In this document: in pieces, positions 30,284 through 39,788 of the stretch | How the letters are laid out: each line of letters starts with the position of its first letter | Numbering within the stretch: position 1 is the stretch's first letter | Origin: Pseudomonadota bacterium | GTDB lineage: Bacteria > Desulfobacterota > Binatia > Binatales > Binataceae | Length of the DNA stretch: 64,000 nt | Direction of reading: 5' to 3' | Assembly (NCBI GenBank): GCA_021323945.1 | Contig: JAJPKA010000002.1 | Span: 354,923 to 418,922, forward strand | The notes under the pieces: model-generated | What the model saw: the letters and a program-made list of their open reading frames with translations, nothing else | Databases searched by the model: none | Told to the model about the DNA's origin: nothing | Position numbers and translations under genes: made by a program

Positions 30284-30793
30284 CTAAATCCTACTGGCCT
30301 GGGCGGTTGTCATTCTTCTCCGACAGATTGAAGTGAGAGTGAGGATTCGATTTTTATAAACAAATTCATAATGCTCACCATGCACATCGTCACACTCAAC
30401 GACCGCATGGAAGCGTGGATCGTCAAGAATCGACACGCCGGAAACGCCGCATTGAGTTGCTGCCAAGGCGTACACCTTCTCAGTCGGTCCCAAGGCGCCG
30501 AGCGCGAAAGCCTTATCTCTATCGCACACGACAAAATTCGGTGCGTCGAGCACCTTTCGAACGATATTAAGGGCTGGACCATAGCCGATGTTCTTGACGT
30601 AGACGTCACGCCAAGTGCCACCCGGGCCTAACTGCTCTTCAAACGTGAGTATGGGCATACGAGCCGCTTTCTCCCTTCTCTTCTCAAAACTGACTATACG
30701 AGCATTTATGCACGACGCGACGGCAATCACCACCGTGGCGACGGCGGTTACCGCGGCGGAGTTCTGGTTTAGAAATGCGAGCAGCCAAGCCAT
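30284..30793 (-). CDS. Hypothetical protein with single N-terminal TM anchor (169 aa)
   Basis: N-terminal hydrophobic helix (AAVTAVATVVIAVASCINA). Local GC is about 50%, against about 60% elsewhere. Confidence 0.5.
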   Translation of the reverse strand: MAWLLAFLNQNSAAVTAVATVVIAVASCINARIVSFEKRREKAARMPILTFEEQLGPGGTWRDVYVKNIGYGPALNIVRKVLDAPNFVVCDRDKAFALGALGPTEKVYALAATQCGVSGVSILDDPRFHAVVECDDVHGEHYEFVYKNRILTLTSICRRRMTTAQASRI

Positions 30794-31070
30794 AAGTTAT
30801 TTTAAATGCCGACTTATTCCGCCTCGTCAACCGGAATATCACCCCATGTGCGCTCATATGATGCGCCGCGGCTGGCGTGCGCGGCCCGAACCTGACAATG
30901 GTCTGCTGCAAACAAACCCTCGGTCATGAAGCCGAAAAAAGCTAGACCCGCATCGCAAGGGAAAGTTGGGAAGAGAAGCGAGGCAAATGTCAGGAACGCA
31001 TGCCCGTGGCGCTCGCGAATTGTCGAGCTCGCTGTGGATGTTTGGTTTCAGAGCGACGCCCCGGATGTCT

Positions 31071-31460
31071 TCAAGCGATCGCGGCGCAGCACTGGATTTC
31101 CAGCAACAGCCCCGGAATCATCAGTGCCGACACTCCAATTGTCGCGCTGGTGTAGGCGGGCGTCCGCAAGATTCGCTTGCGCGTCTCCACGTATTTTTGA
31201 CCGTTAGCGGCTAGATCCACTACGAAACTGGTCATCTGTAGGATGCGGTCGAGCCCACTTCCCGCGGCGCGCAGGATTTGCTCGATATTGCGGAAAGTCT
31301 GGATAGTCTGAGTTTCGATCTCGTCACCTACCACCTTGCCCCTGTCGTCCAGCGCGGAAATGCCCGACAAATACAACACGTCGCGGTAGCGCACGCAGTT
31401 GGTAAAGCCGAAAGGTTCGTATGCCAATACACCGGCCGGAGTTGGAACGACTTCGATCAT
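31071..31460 (-). CDS. RidA/YjgF family reactive-intermediate deaminase
   Basis: 129 aa with a YjgF/RidA-like profile (…VRYRDVLYLSGISALD…TSATIGVSAL…). Confidence 0.75.
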   Translation of the reverse strand: MIEVVPTPAGVLAYEPFGFTNCVRYRDVLYLSGISALDDRGKVVGDEIETQTIQTFRNIEQILRAAGSGLDRILQMTSFVVDLAANGQKYVETRKRILRTPAYTSATIGVSALMIPGLLLEIQCCAAIA

Positions 31461-32132
31461 TTTCCGGTCACGCCTCCACCGGTCGAAATTATCGCTGATG
31501 ACTTAATCGGGCGTCCACCGCCCATCTTTGCGCTATGCAGTTCCGAACGCGTACTCGAACCGGACTAATGCGACTGGCAAGTTCGCTATCAGTCCATGTC
31601 GGTTAACTTTAAGTTACCAGACTTTGGTGGAGAGGTGTTAGGTAGATGAATGTTCTGATCGTCGCCGGAGCCATCCACCATACCGCCGCAGTACCAACGG
31701 TGGGTCGTCGAGCAGGCGCCGCCTCACCAGAACGATTACCGCTTTTGGAGTGATGCTCTGCGCGTCCCGCCCGTCTGATCGCGTCGTTCGCCGCTGTGCG
31801 TTCAAAATGCCTGTTAGCCCGCTTGCAGTTGGCGTCGGCCCTGGCTTTCAGGGTGAGGCCGATTACTCAATAAGTCTTGGCACCAACTCGTGGAGCTTCT
31901 GCGACCTCCTTGATTGCGGTATGGTTCCCGACGAGTCAGACGCCATTCATCGAGCATTAAGTTGGCCGGTACGTTTACCCAGGGATCTACCGATTGCAAG
32001 GTCGCCCGATGGCCAGGATTACGGATCTCAAAGGGTTTTTAGTCTGCCCGAGGAAGGCCGCGATCATACACGACACCGCAGCAGAGTCTCATCAAATGAG
32101 CCACGGACCTGTCCAAGTTTCGCGGATCCTAA

Positions 32133-32170
32133 CCACCGGAGACGGACGCTCCGGTGGTTACGATTTTGAT
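32133..32170 (+). terminator. Intrinsic-terminator-like hairpin CCACCGGAG-N7-CTCCGGTGG followed by TTACGATTTTG
   Basis: 9-bp perfect GC-rich stem plus a T-rich tail on the + strand. Lies in a roughly 770-bp stretch with no convincing CDS, 3' of the S1 peptidase gene. Confidence 0.45.
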
Positions 32171-32228
32171 GAACTCGCTCCGCCGAAAACGCTTACTCGA
32201 TCAGGCTGACCGAAGCCGCAGGATATCT

Positions 32229-33515
32229 CTAGCCCCAGTTGTTCCGGGCCCACAACACGAGGTCGATCATAGGTGATCCAGCTGCAGCGACATTATTGTC
32301 TTCGGGCCCATTCCACAAGGGAAAATCCCATTCCTGTTCCTCGGCGGAGGCGACGCCGACCAGCGACGGATAGTCCTCGCCGTCCCACCACCCGAAAAAC
32401 GGGCCGCCAGAGTCGCCGGCGGTCACATCGCCGTTGTCGGTCTCGAGCTCCATCGCAGCGCCATCTTCGTCGTCATCGTGGAAGCTGATCCCTCCTTGCC
32501 ACGAGGGCCGCTCGCCTTTAGCGATGGCGCTTGCATAACCCACGAAGCTCCAGTAGTTACCGTCGTTCCAACTGTCGTCGTAGGTCTCGCCGCCGAACCA
32601 TCCGAGGAAGTCACCCAGCGGATCGATAAGATGCAGCACCGCAAAGTCCCAAGCGGGTCGGTCCACATCGGGGGCGGGCTCCTGGTAGTAGGCCGCCGCT
32701 GCGTCGACGTAGGAGTAGACATTCGGACCCAGCGTTGAGACGCCATTGAAGTAGGCCGGCACAAACTGGATCATTCCCGGGTTTGCACCCCACGGCACCG
32801 CGTGCGAAGCTGTCAGCACGATATCGCGCGACACCAGCACGCCAGTTGCTCTCCACGACGGCACGAAACTGTACGGGTCGTTGTAAGAAAAGATTCGGCC
32901 AATGCATTGCCATGGATAGCCGGTGGGGTAAAAGGGCTGGCGTACGTCGTTGCCGAAAATATACAGCGGTCGCACACGTTTGCCGTTCACCCGCCGCATG
33001 GTTGGGCGAGGCAGACGCGCTGCCATTTTGGGATGGTAAATTATGTCGGCCCACTCGGGAATTTTGGGCGGCGGAAGCGGCAGGGTGGGTGAGCTGACCT
33101 TGAGCTCGTCCCGTTTGAGGCGCCGGGTTTCCGTGAGCGGCAGACCCCGCATCAGCTTGTGTTCGCGACAAATCTGAAAAGATCGCATGCCGTTTACACT
33201 GCTGATTTCGTGGATGATCGTGTCGGTGTTTACCGAGCCTGCTACTGTGAAGCTGTTGGCGGACTTCAGCTTATGCAGTGCGGTCGGCAAAGGTTGGTGT
33301 TTGATAATGTTCTCCAGCCTGAGGATGGCGTCCGCGCGCATCGGCGGCGGCACCTTTGTCCCCGTGTTTACCTGGGTTTTGCTCATTGCTCTTTCCTCCG
33401 ACCGTGACCAGCGGCCTCGCACTTCTTCCACTCGAAGGGGGAGCAACGCGGGTGCCATTGTCGCGCCCTTGATCTGTGGGGCTACGTGGCCAAGAGCTGA
33501 TGATCTCCATTGCAA
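32229..33515 (-). CDS. Trypsin-like (S1/chymotrypsin-fold) serine peptidase with ~200-aa N-terminal extension, no signal peptide
   Basis: Catalytic triad motifs in order: His (VLTASHAV), Asp (DFAVLHL), Ser (GDSGGPFF). The start codon is uncertain (TTG at 33515, or internal Met at residues 19 or 44). Confidence 0.75.
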   Translation of the reverse strand: MQWRSSALGHVAPQIKGATMAPALLPLRVEEVRGRWSRSEERAMSKTQVNTGTKVPPPMRADAILRLENIIKHQPLPTALHKLKSANSFTVAGSVNTDTIIHEISSVNGMRSFQICREHKLMRGLPLTETRRLKRDELKVSSPTLPLPPPKIPEWADIIYHPKMAARLPRPTMRRVNGKRVRPLYIFGNDVRQPFYPTGYPWQCIGRIFSYNDPYSFVPSWRATGVLVSRDIVLTASHAVPWGANPGMIQFVPAYFNGVSTLGPNVYSYVDAAAAYYQEPAPDVDRPAWDFAVLHLIDPLGDFLGWFGGETYDDSWNDGNYWSFVGYASAIAKGERPSWQGGISFHDDDEDGAAMELETDNGDVTAGDSGGPFFGWWDGEDYPSLVGVASAEEQEWDFPLWNGPEDNNVAAAGSPMIDLVLWARNNWG

Positions 33516-33527
33516 ACGCAGTTAGCA

Positions 33528-33547
33528 CTGCAAATTGTGGTTTGCAG
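33528..33547. promoter_or_regulatory. Palindromic operator candidate CTGCAAA-ttgtgg-TTTGCAG upstream of the S1 peptidase gene (additional TGCAAA half-site at 33511-33516)
   Basis: Perfect 7-bp inverted repeat seen directly. Same TGCAAA/TTTGCA core as the palindrome upstream of the C1 peptidase gene. Confidence 0.4.
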
Positions 33548-34008
33548 GGTTGCTCGAGGTCGCTTCGTCGTTGGCAGGCAATCTCCGCTCTTCCGCTTCC
33601 AATCCAACGTTACACTGAGCTGATTTGTGCACCTGGAGTTGCGCGCCGTTTGAATTTGAGCATCGCAGCGACGCAGCGGGTGCCTCACCTTCAAAGAAAC
33701 GGTTTGATCAGAAAGCACAAGCGGCCGCCGAGGCACCTCTCCGCTAACCGCCGGTCTAGCTCGAGCCGCAGGCTCGAAGCTGTCTCGGCTTGGCTAACGT
33801 GATTCAGGCCGAGCGGCATCGCCCGATACCGATCGCCTGCACTAACCCCGCCGCGCCAAACCGAGAGACACTAGCTCCGACCTCTCTGGACTGAGTCGAG
33901 CCTGGGACGAAAGAACTTTCTCAGAGGTCTTTTGTGGTCTGCCAAAAATGGTTCTCGTCCCGAGCGGTTCCGAGCATCGGAGTCCGCTCCCTCAGCGAAT
34001 TGCGGTTA

Positions 34009-34854
34009 TCAACGCAGTTTGCTGACCAGCGATGCCCGCCTATCCAGGGCTGCCAGTGCTTTGTCCCGTGGTTCGCTGGCCACGCCCAGGACCAGATGCG
34101 AAAAGCCCAGATCGATCATTCGTTTACAAGAATCCTCATTGGGGGTGATTGCGGCCACCGCCAGCTCGATTGTGTCGAAGCGCCGGCCCGCTCGATCGGC
34201 AGCCTCCCGCAGTGCGCGCAAGCGTCGGTTCAGAGCCTCATAATCCGCCGCAACCGGGTACCAGCCATCGCAGTAATCGACAACTCGTTCGAGAGCTTTC
34301 ATCGACAGCGAGCCGAGCCAGACTGGTGGCCCGCCAGGACGCACCGGCTTGGGCCAGCACCAGATCGGATCGAAGTTTACGAACTCGCCATGGAATTCGG
34401 CTACGTCCTGCGTCCAGATGCGGCGCATTGCCTTGACGCGTTCGCCGGTTACGCGCCAGCGCTTTTTAAACGGCACGCCGTGATTTTCCATTTCCTCGGC
34501 GTTCCATCCAGCACCGATTCCCAGGATCAGGCGCCCATTGGAGAGTGCGTCCAGTGACGCGGCCTGCTTGGCGAGAACGATGGGATCGTGCTCTGTGACC
34601 AGGCATACGCCGGCGCCAATTTTTATGCGGGTCGTTGCCATCGCCGCCGCCGTCATCGCTACGAACAGATCGTGGATGTGTGAATACTCGGTCGGCAGGT
34701 CGCCGCCCATCGGGAAAGGAGTTTTACGGCTGGTTGGAATATGGGTGTGCTCGGGAAAAAACACTGAGTCGAAACCGCGCTCCTCGGCAGCGCGAGCGAA
34801 TTCATCGGGCCGAATCGAGTAATCAGTGGCGAAGAGCGAAACTCCAAAATTCAT
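34009..34854 (-). CDS. LLM-class (luciferase-like) flavin/F420-dependent oxidoreductase
   Basis: MNFGVSLFATDYSIRPDEFARAAEERGFDSVFFPEHTHIP... is typical of the LLM family. Start set at the internal Met. Confidence 0.8.
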   Translation of the reverse strand: MNFGVSLFATDYSIRPDEFARAAEERGFDSVFFPEHTHIPTSRKTPFPMGGDLPTEYSHIHDLFVAMTAAAMATTRIKIGAGVCLVTEHDPIVLAKQAASLDALSNGRLILGIGAGWNAEEMENHGVPFKKRWRVTGERVKAMRRIWTQDVAEFHGEFVNFDPIWCWPKPVRPGGPPVWLGSLSMKALERVVDYCDGWYPVAADYEALNRRLRALREAADRAGRRFDTIELAVAAITPNEDSCKRMIDLGFSHLVLGVASEPRDKALAALDRRASLVSKLR

Positions 34855-34961
34855 AAGGTCACCTCGTCCGGATCCAGGTAATGGTGAATGTAATCTAGAT
34901 GGTCGACGACCTTTTTTGAAACCGGAAAAACGCCGATAGGCTGGCCGTAAAATAAGACGGG

Positions 34962-35756
34962 ATGCAGCTGTTCGACCGTAAGCGGCGTCATTTAACAAAG
35001 CCCCGCAAGTGGTGTTTTACTGGTTGGATGATGCCAGCGGCGAGGGGTCTCACAATCACCGAACGTATCAACCGATTGGACTGGCAGTCGATTCTCGAGG
35101 CGGTCAATGCCGAAGGTTTTGCCACCGTGCCCCCGCTGCTTTCTGCGCAGGAATGCTCCGAGCTGCGGCTCATGTACGGCGTCAGAGAGCGCTTTCGGAG
35201 TCGCGTCGAGATGGCGCGATTTCGGTTCGGGGTGGGCGAGTACAAGTATTTTGCTGCTCCGTTGCCACCCATCGTTGCTGAATTACGCTGCTCGCTGTAC
35301 CGCTGCGTTGTGCCGGTTGCCAACCATTGGATGAAGGTATTGCGGAGCGGAATTAGATTTCCCCCGACGCTCGATGATTTCCTCGACCAATGCCGTCGCA
35401 GCGGCCAGAACAAGCCGACCCCGCTTCTGCTGCGCTACGAAGCCGGCGGTTATAACTGCCTGCACCAGGACCTCTATGGTGAAGTCGTCTTTCCCCTCCA
35501 GTTTACGTTCATGCTGAGCCGTCGGAACGTCGATTACAGTGGTGGCGAGTTTCTAATGCTTGAACAGCGGCCGCGCGCGCAATCGAAATGCGAAGCGATT
35601 TCGCTGGACCTCGGTGCGGCGGTTCTCTTCGCAACTCGCTACAGGCCAGTCAGAGGGACTCGCGGATTCCATCGGGTTACCTTGCGGCATGGGTTAAGTC
35701 GCGTTCATAGTGGCCAGCGTTTCGCACTGGGAATAATTTTTCACGACGCGAAGTAG
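34962..35756 (+). CDS. 2OG-Fe(II) oxygenase superfamily protein (prolyl-hydroxylase-like)
   Basis: HxD (LHQDLYGE) and a distal His (RVHSG), PF13640-like. Start may be the internal Met at about 35028. Confidence 0.65.
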   Translation: MQLFDRKRRHLTKPRKWCFTGWMMPAARGLTITERINRLDWQSILEAVNAEGFATVPPLLSAQECSELRLMYGVRERFRSRVEMARFRFGVGEYKYFAAPLPPIVAELRCSLYRCVVPVANHWMKVLRSGIRFPPTLDDFLDQCRRSGQNKPTPLLLRYEAGGYNCLHQDLYGEVVFPLQFTFMLSRRNVDYSGGEFLMLEQRPRAQSKCEAISLDLGAAVLFATRYRPVRGTRGFHRVTLRHGLSRVHSGQRFALGIIFHDAK

Positions 35757-35781
35757 CCTCCGATTGCCTGCGCCTGGTAAC

Positions 35782-36603
35782 CTACAATTCCTGGTGCCTG
35801 AGATATGTCAGCGGCGGCGGCGATGCCCTGAATTCTTCGTACACCTTGTTGTAACCGTCGAGATCGTCGACAGTTCGGAAGAAGGCTTCGTGCACATAGC
35901 CAAAAACCGGCATCCCTTTCGAGACCATGGGGGCGACCAGGTCGACAATTAAGCCAAAAGGTGCGGCTGCCGGCGTATGATCAAACACTGCTGGCTCACA
36001 GATCATCGCCCCGCAATACATCAACGGTCTTAAGTTGACGCCAGGGTGGGCGGGAACTGCTGCTGGATAATCTTGATAACTGCCAGATAAGCGGTCAGTC
36101 AGCAGACGAATCCGTCGCACTCGCCCTTCATTGTCGATCTCGATCTGGCTGTATGCATCCGATTTGGCTGGATCACGCAGCACCATTGTTATGATTGCGT
36201 TCCGTCGCCGATGGGACGCGATCATGGCGGGCAAATCGAGGTCCATGATGGTATCACTGTTTAGGATCAGAAATGACTCGCTGCCGAAGTAACCGCGCAA
36301 GCGAAGCAGAGGGCCGCCCGTACCCTGCAGAATCGCCTCGGGCAAATAGGTTATCTCGACACCCAGCTTGGCGCCGGAGCCGAGAGCTGCGGTGATTTTG
36401 GCCGCAAGATGATGCACGTTGATCGCTATCTCGCGGATTCCCGCCTCTCGTAGCAGCAGCAGCGGATAATGGATTAGCGGGTGGCCACCGATTTCGAGCA
36501 ACGGTTTCGGTATCGCGTTGGTTAACGGCCGCAGACGCTCGCCGTAACCTGCCGCCAGTACCAATGCCTTCATGCTTGTTCGATTCCGGCTGTTGCGGTT
36601 CAC
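35782..36603 (-). CDS. murU: Sugar-1-phosphate nucleotidyltransferase (MurU-like N-acetylmuramate-1-P uridylyltransferase)
   Basis: NTP-transferase N-terminus MKALVLAAGYGERLRPLTNAIPKPLLEIGG. Immediately downstream of a phosphotransferase-fold kinase. Confidence 0.7.
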   Translation of the reverse strand: MNRNSRNRTSMKALVLAAGYGERLRPLTNAIPKPLLEIGGHPLIHYPLLLLREAGIREIAINVHHLAAKITAALGSGAKLGVEITYLPEAILQGTGGPLLRLRGYFGSESFLILNSDTIMDLDLPAMIASHRRRNAIITMVLRDPAKSDAYSQIEIDNEGRVRRIRLLTDRLSGSYQDYPAAVPAHPGVNLRPLMYCGAMICEPAVFDHTPAAAPFGLIVDLVAPMVSKGMPVFGYVHEAFFRTVDDLDGYNKVYEEFRASPPPLTYLRHQEL

Positions 36604-36624
36604 CCGGAGATTGGCGGCTGGCTT

Positions 36625-37731
36625 TCAAAGTTGAGAAGTTCGTTCGAACTCATCGATGACTTCGCGCAGTATGGGAAACTCCGGTGTAAGCATTCGCTTG
36701 GCTTGTTGCAGTGCGGATGGAATGTAATTGAGGTATTCACGTTTGCCTTGATGCGCCAGGGAGGTGAAACGGCCGATGATCTTGAGCGCGTGTTGCAGCA
36801 CGCAATAGCGGTAGCTTGTAAGGAAGTCCGCGTAGCTGAGTTTGCTCGCCCCTCGCCTCAGCAAAGTCGCGTGGTAGTAATCGAGCAGCCGGCGCTCGAG
36901 TCTCGGCGTAATCACGCGTCCAGTATCGCGCGTGGTCAGCAACACGGCGAGATCCTGTGCCGCAGGCGCCAGGAGCGCATCCTGGAAATCGATGACTCGA
37001 ATCCGAAGACTCCCGCCATCGCGCTGAATGAAGAGATTGTGGCCGTGATAGTCACGATGAGAAAAGACGCGTGGAAAGGCATCCAACCGAGCCGCGAGTT
37101 CATCAAGTTCTTCAGTGAGTCCCTGGTAATTGGCCGCCGCTGTGATTGCGCCTAATCCACTCTTAACGAATTCCTGCAGCTCCCAGCGGAACAGTCGCCG
37201 ATCATAAGCGATTTCACTCGCTAGACAATTGCTATTGAGCTGCTCAGTCCCGCGGATATGGAAAATCAACAGTTCGTCTACAGCTAGCCGGTAAAGATCG
37301 CCGGCGTTGGCCGTCTGGGCGGCTTCGAATAATGGAAGCTGGCCGACATCTTCGACCAGCAGCATGCGGGCGTCTGTATCCGCAACGTAGATCTCAGGCA
37401 CCGCGACGCCGATTTTCTGGAGAAAGGCGTGGACATTGAGCCATGGCGGATTAGGTAATGGCTCGCGCAGTAACCCGAGGGCGCGAACGTACGACGGAAC
37501 ATCATCCGGTCCGAGGTCGACCGCGATCGCGGAAGGGGGCCGAGCGCCGTCCGGGTTGAGCCTTATTCGCCAAAAGCGCCTGCTCGAAGCATCACCTTTA
37601 AGTGGCTCTAGCCCGAGCAGCGCGCCTTGTCCCCAGAGGCGGTCAACGGCGGTGGAAATCCAGGCATGCGGCTCCGTTCGGTCCATCAAGCGTTGCGATT
37701 TCGCCGATCTCAAGTCAGGGCTGGTATGCAT
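36625..37731 (-). CDS. amgK: Phosphotransferase (APH/CHK-fold) family kinase, AmgK-like anomeric MurNAc/GlcNAc kinase
   Basis: Brenner motif HRDYHGHNL and Mg-binding IDFQDA. Operonic with the nucleotidyltransferase, 21-bp gap. Confidence 0.65.
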   Translation of the reverse strand: MHTSPDLRSAKSQRLMDRTEPHAWISTAVDRLWGQGALLGLEPLKGDASSRRFWRIRLNPDGARPPSAIAVDLGPDDVPSYVRALGLLREPLPNPPWLNVHAFLQKIGVAVPEIYVADTDARMLLVEDVGQLPLFEAAQTANAGDLYRLAVDELLIFHIRGTEQLNSNCLASEIAYDRRLFRWELQEFVKSGLGAITAAANYQGLTEELDELAARLDAFPRVFSHRDYHGHNLFIQRDGGSLRIRVIDFQDALLAPAAQDLAVLLTTRDTGRVITPRLERRLLDYYHATLLRRGASKLSYADFLTSYRYCVLQHALKIIGRFTSLAHQGKREYLNYIPSALQQAKRMLTPEFPILREVIDEFERTSQL

Positions 37732-37919
37732 CCGTTCTGCTACAAAGCTTAGTCTGCCGCTTGGGGAGCGCCAAGTATAGCACTTTCCTCTGCTCGGAAA
37801 ATCGCGTCCATTAGCGCTTGTCTGCGCTCTCGAGCTATCCTCCCGTAAGCGGCCAATTCAAAGAATCAAATAGCTAGCAAAGTTCTTCTAATCCTCAGTG
37901 GCTTGAGGCTGCAATCAAG

Positions 37920-39773
37920 ATGTTACTCGAAACGCGAGTGTCCTATCGCGATGCGACAGGCGCGGAGCGGGTGCTCCGGATGGCTGACCAGACGCGTAGT
38001 GAGCGGGGCAGCATCACAATTTCGCAATCAGTCGAACCGATTGAGAGCGGCGAGATCGTTTTTGCGACGGTCCAAAATCGGGGTCGGGAACCGGCCCGTT
38101 TAAGATGGGTTGGCTTTGACGTTGACACTGGTTTCGAGGCTTCGTCAGCGGCGCGATTCTTCAAGCATGGATACCAATCCTGGAGCCCATCCTACCCTGT
38201 CGTTATCGGTCGCCCTGTACCGAGACCGTTAAGGTCACGATTCGCACGCATTAGCCATCAAAGCGAAGCCGACCGGCCAGAGATTGCTCCCGAGGGCGTA
38301 ACTTCGGAACTCTTCACGGTTATTGAAGCTGACCAAGCGCGAGAGCGCCTGCTTTGCGGATTTATCGCGGCAGCCAATCAACTCTCTACCATAACTGTCA
38401 ACTCCCCGGCTCTGGTTACTGCGCGCGCACTGTTTGATGACGTATGGTTGGAGCCGGATGAGACAGTGGAGGTTGAGCCGCTCCTTTGCTGGCGTTCGCA
38501 ACAGGAAAGCGCGCGCATGGCAGCCCGGTGGGCGGAGCTGCTGGGGAAGCGAATGAAAGCACGCATCGCCGCCCCTTATCAGCGCGGTTGGTGCTCCTGG
38601 TATCACTATTTCGACACAATCAGCGAAAGCTCTCTATGCTCAAATCTGGATAGGCTCAGAGAGGTTCGGGCCGAACTTCCGGTCGATATCGTTCAGCTCG
38701 ACGATGGTTTTCAGCTGGCGCTGGGCGACTGGGAGCGCGCTAACGCAAAGTTTCCCAGCGGCCTTAAAAAGGTTGCTGACAGGATTCGCCAGGCAGGGTT
38801 CACCCCGGGCTTATGGACCGCACCTTTTTTGACCGCGGCCGATTCTGAGCTCATGCGCACCCATCCGGATTGGGTCATCCGCGATGACGAGGGAGAGCCG
38901 CTCGCGGTCATCAAGAATCCGGCGTGGACGAGCGCCGCGGGAGGTTATGCTTACGCACTTGATCCAAGCAATCCGTATTTTTGTGAATACCTCGAACGAC
39001 TGTTTGACAGACTTGTCCATGAATTCGGCTATTCGTACCTGAAGCTTGATTTCCTGTTTGCCGGTGCCGCGCAAGGCCGTCGTTACAGTAGCAAACTGAC
39101 ACGAGCGCAGGCTTTACGCCGCGGTCTGGAGGCGGTTCGACGCGGCGCCGGCGACGACGCTTTCCTCCTGGGTTGTGGCTGTCCGCTTGGACCAGCGGTC
39201 GGCATTGTTGACGGGATGCGGATCGGTCCCGATGTTGCCCCTTATTGGGGCGACGACACCGAGCCTGGAGCAAGAGTGGCCATCGAAGCTATCTTCGCGC
39301 GCAGTTTTATGCATCGTCGTCTCTGGCTTAACGACCCTGACTGTCTGATGTTGAGGAGGAAGGAGACCCGCCTTTCATCAGAGGAACGTTTCGCCCTTGC
39401 ATCGGCGATTGCGATCTCAGGCGCAATGCTCATTCTGTCCGACGATATGAGCCTTCTCGACGAGGTCGATTTCAGACTGTTTCGCATGGTGACGGAAATC
39501 GGGCAGGAGGTCGACAGTCTTGCCTCCAAACAGCCAGTTATCGCCAAAACCATGATGAGCAGCAGCTCGATTCGAATCGCTACTGCTCCAGCGCATAACG
39601 GTCGTTGGTATCTTTTGCTCAACGCCGGGGAAACTCGGCAGCGCGTCTCAACTGCTGGTTTTCTGGCCGCCGGGAAGCGTGCGCGGATGATCGATCGGGA
39701 CGGCGAACGGGATGCGCTGCATGAAATTGAACTTGCGCCGCATTCGGCATGCCTGATTCATTCCCTCAGTTGA
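37920..39773 (+). CDS. Glycoside hydrolase, clan GH-D (GH36/GH27-like alpha-galactosidase family)
   Basis: LDDGF(Q/W) motif (VQLDDGFQ), nucleophile-region KLDF, DPD acid/base region (NDPDCLML). 617 aa. Confidence 0.6.
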   Translation: MLLETRVSYRDATGAERVLRMADQTRSERGSITISQSVEPIESGEIVFATVQNRGREPARLRWVGFDVDTGFEASSAARFFKHGYQSWSPSYPVVIGRPVPRPLRSRFARISHQSEADRPEIAPEGVTSELFTVIEADQARERLLCGFIAAANQLSTITVNSPALVTARALFDDVWLEPDETVEVEPLLCWRSQQESARMAARWAELLGKRMKARIAAPYQRGWCSWYHYFDTISESSLCSNLDRLREVRAELPVDIVQLDDGFQLALGDWERANAKFPSGLKKVADRIRQAGFTPGLWTAPFLTAADSELMRTHPDWVIRDDEGEPLAVIKNPAWTSAAGGYAYALDPSNPYFCEYLERLFDRLVHEFGYSYLKLDFLFAGAAQGRRYSSKLTRAQALRRGLEAVRRGAGDDAFLLGCGCPLGPAVGIVDGMRIGPDVAPYWGDDTEPGARVAIEAIFARSFMHRRLWLNDPDCLMLRRKETRLSSEERFALASAIAISGAMLILSDDMSLLDEVDFRLFRMVTEIGQEVDSLASKQPVIAKTMMSSSSIRIATAPAHNGRWYLLLNAGETRQRVSTAGFLAAGKRARMIDRDGERDALHEIELAPHSACLIHSLS

Positions 39774-39788
39774 CTAGCAAAAAGCGTA

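Noticed and set aside
31750-32169. 139-aa ORF in the gene-poor region
   Set aside because: No RBS and an odd composition. It ends inside the terminator-like hairpin. Kept only as a possible degraded gene or ncRNA locus.
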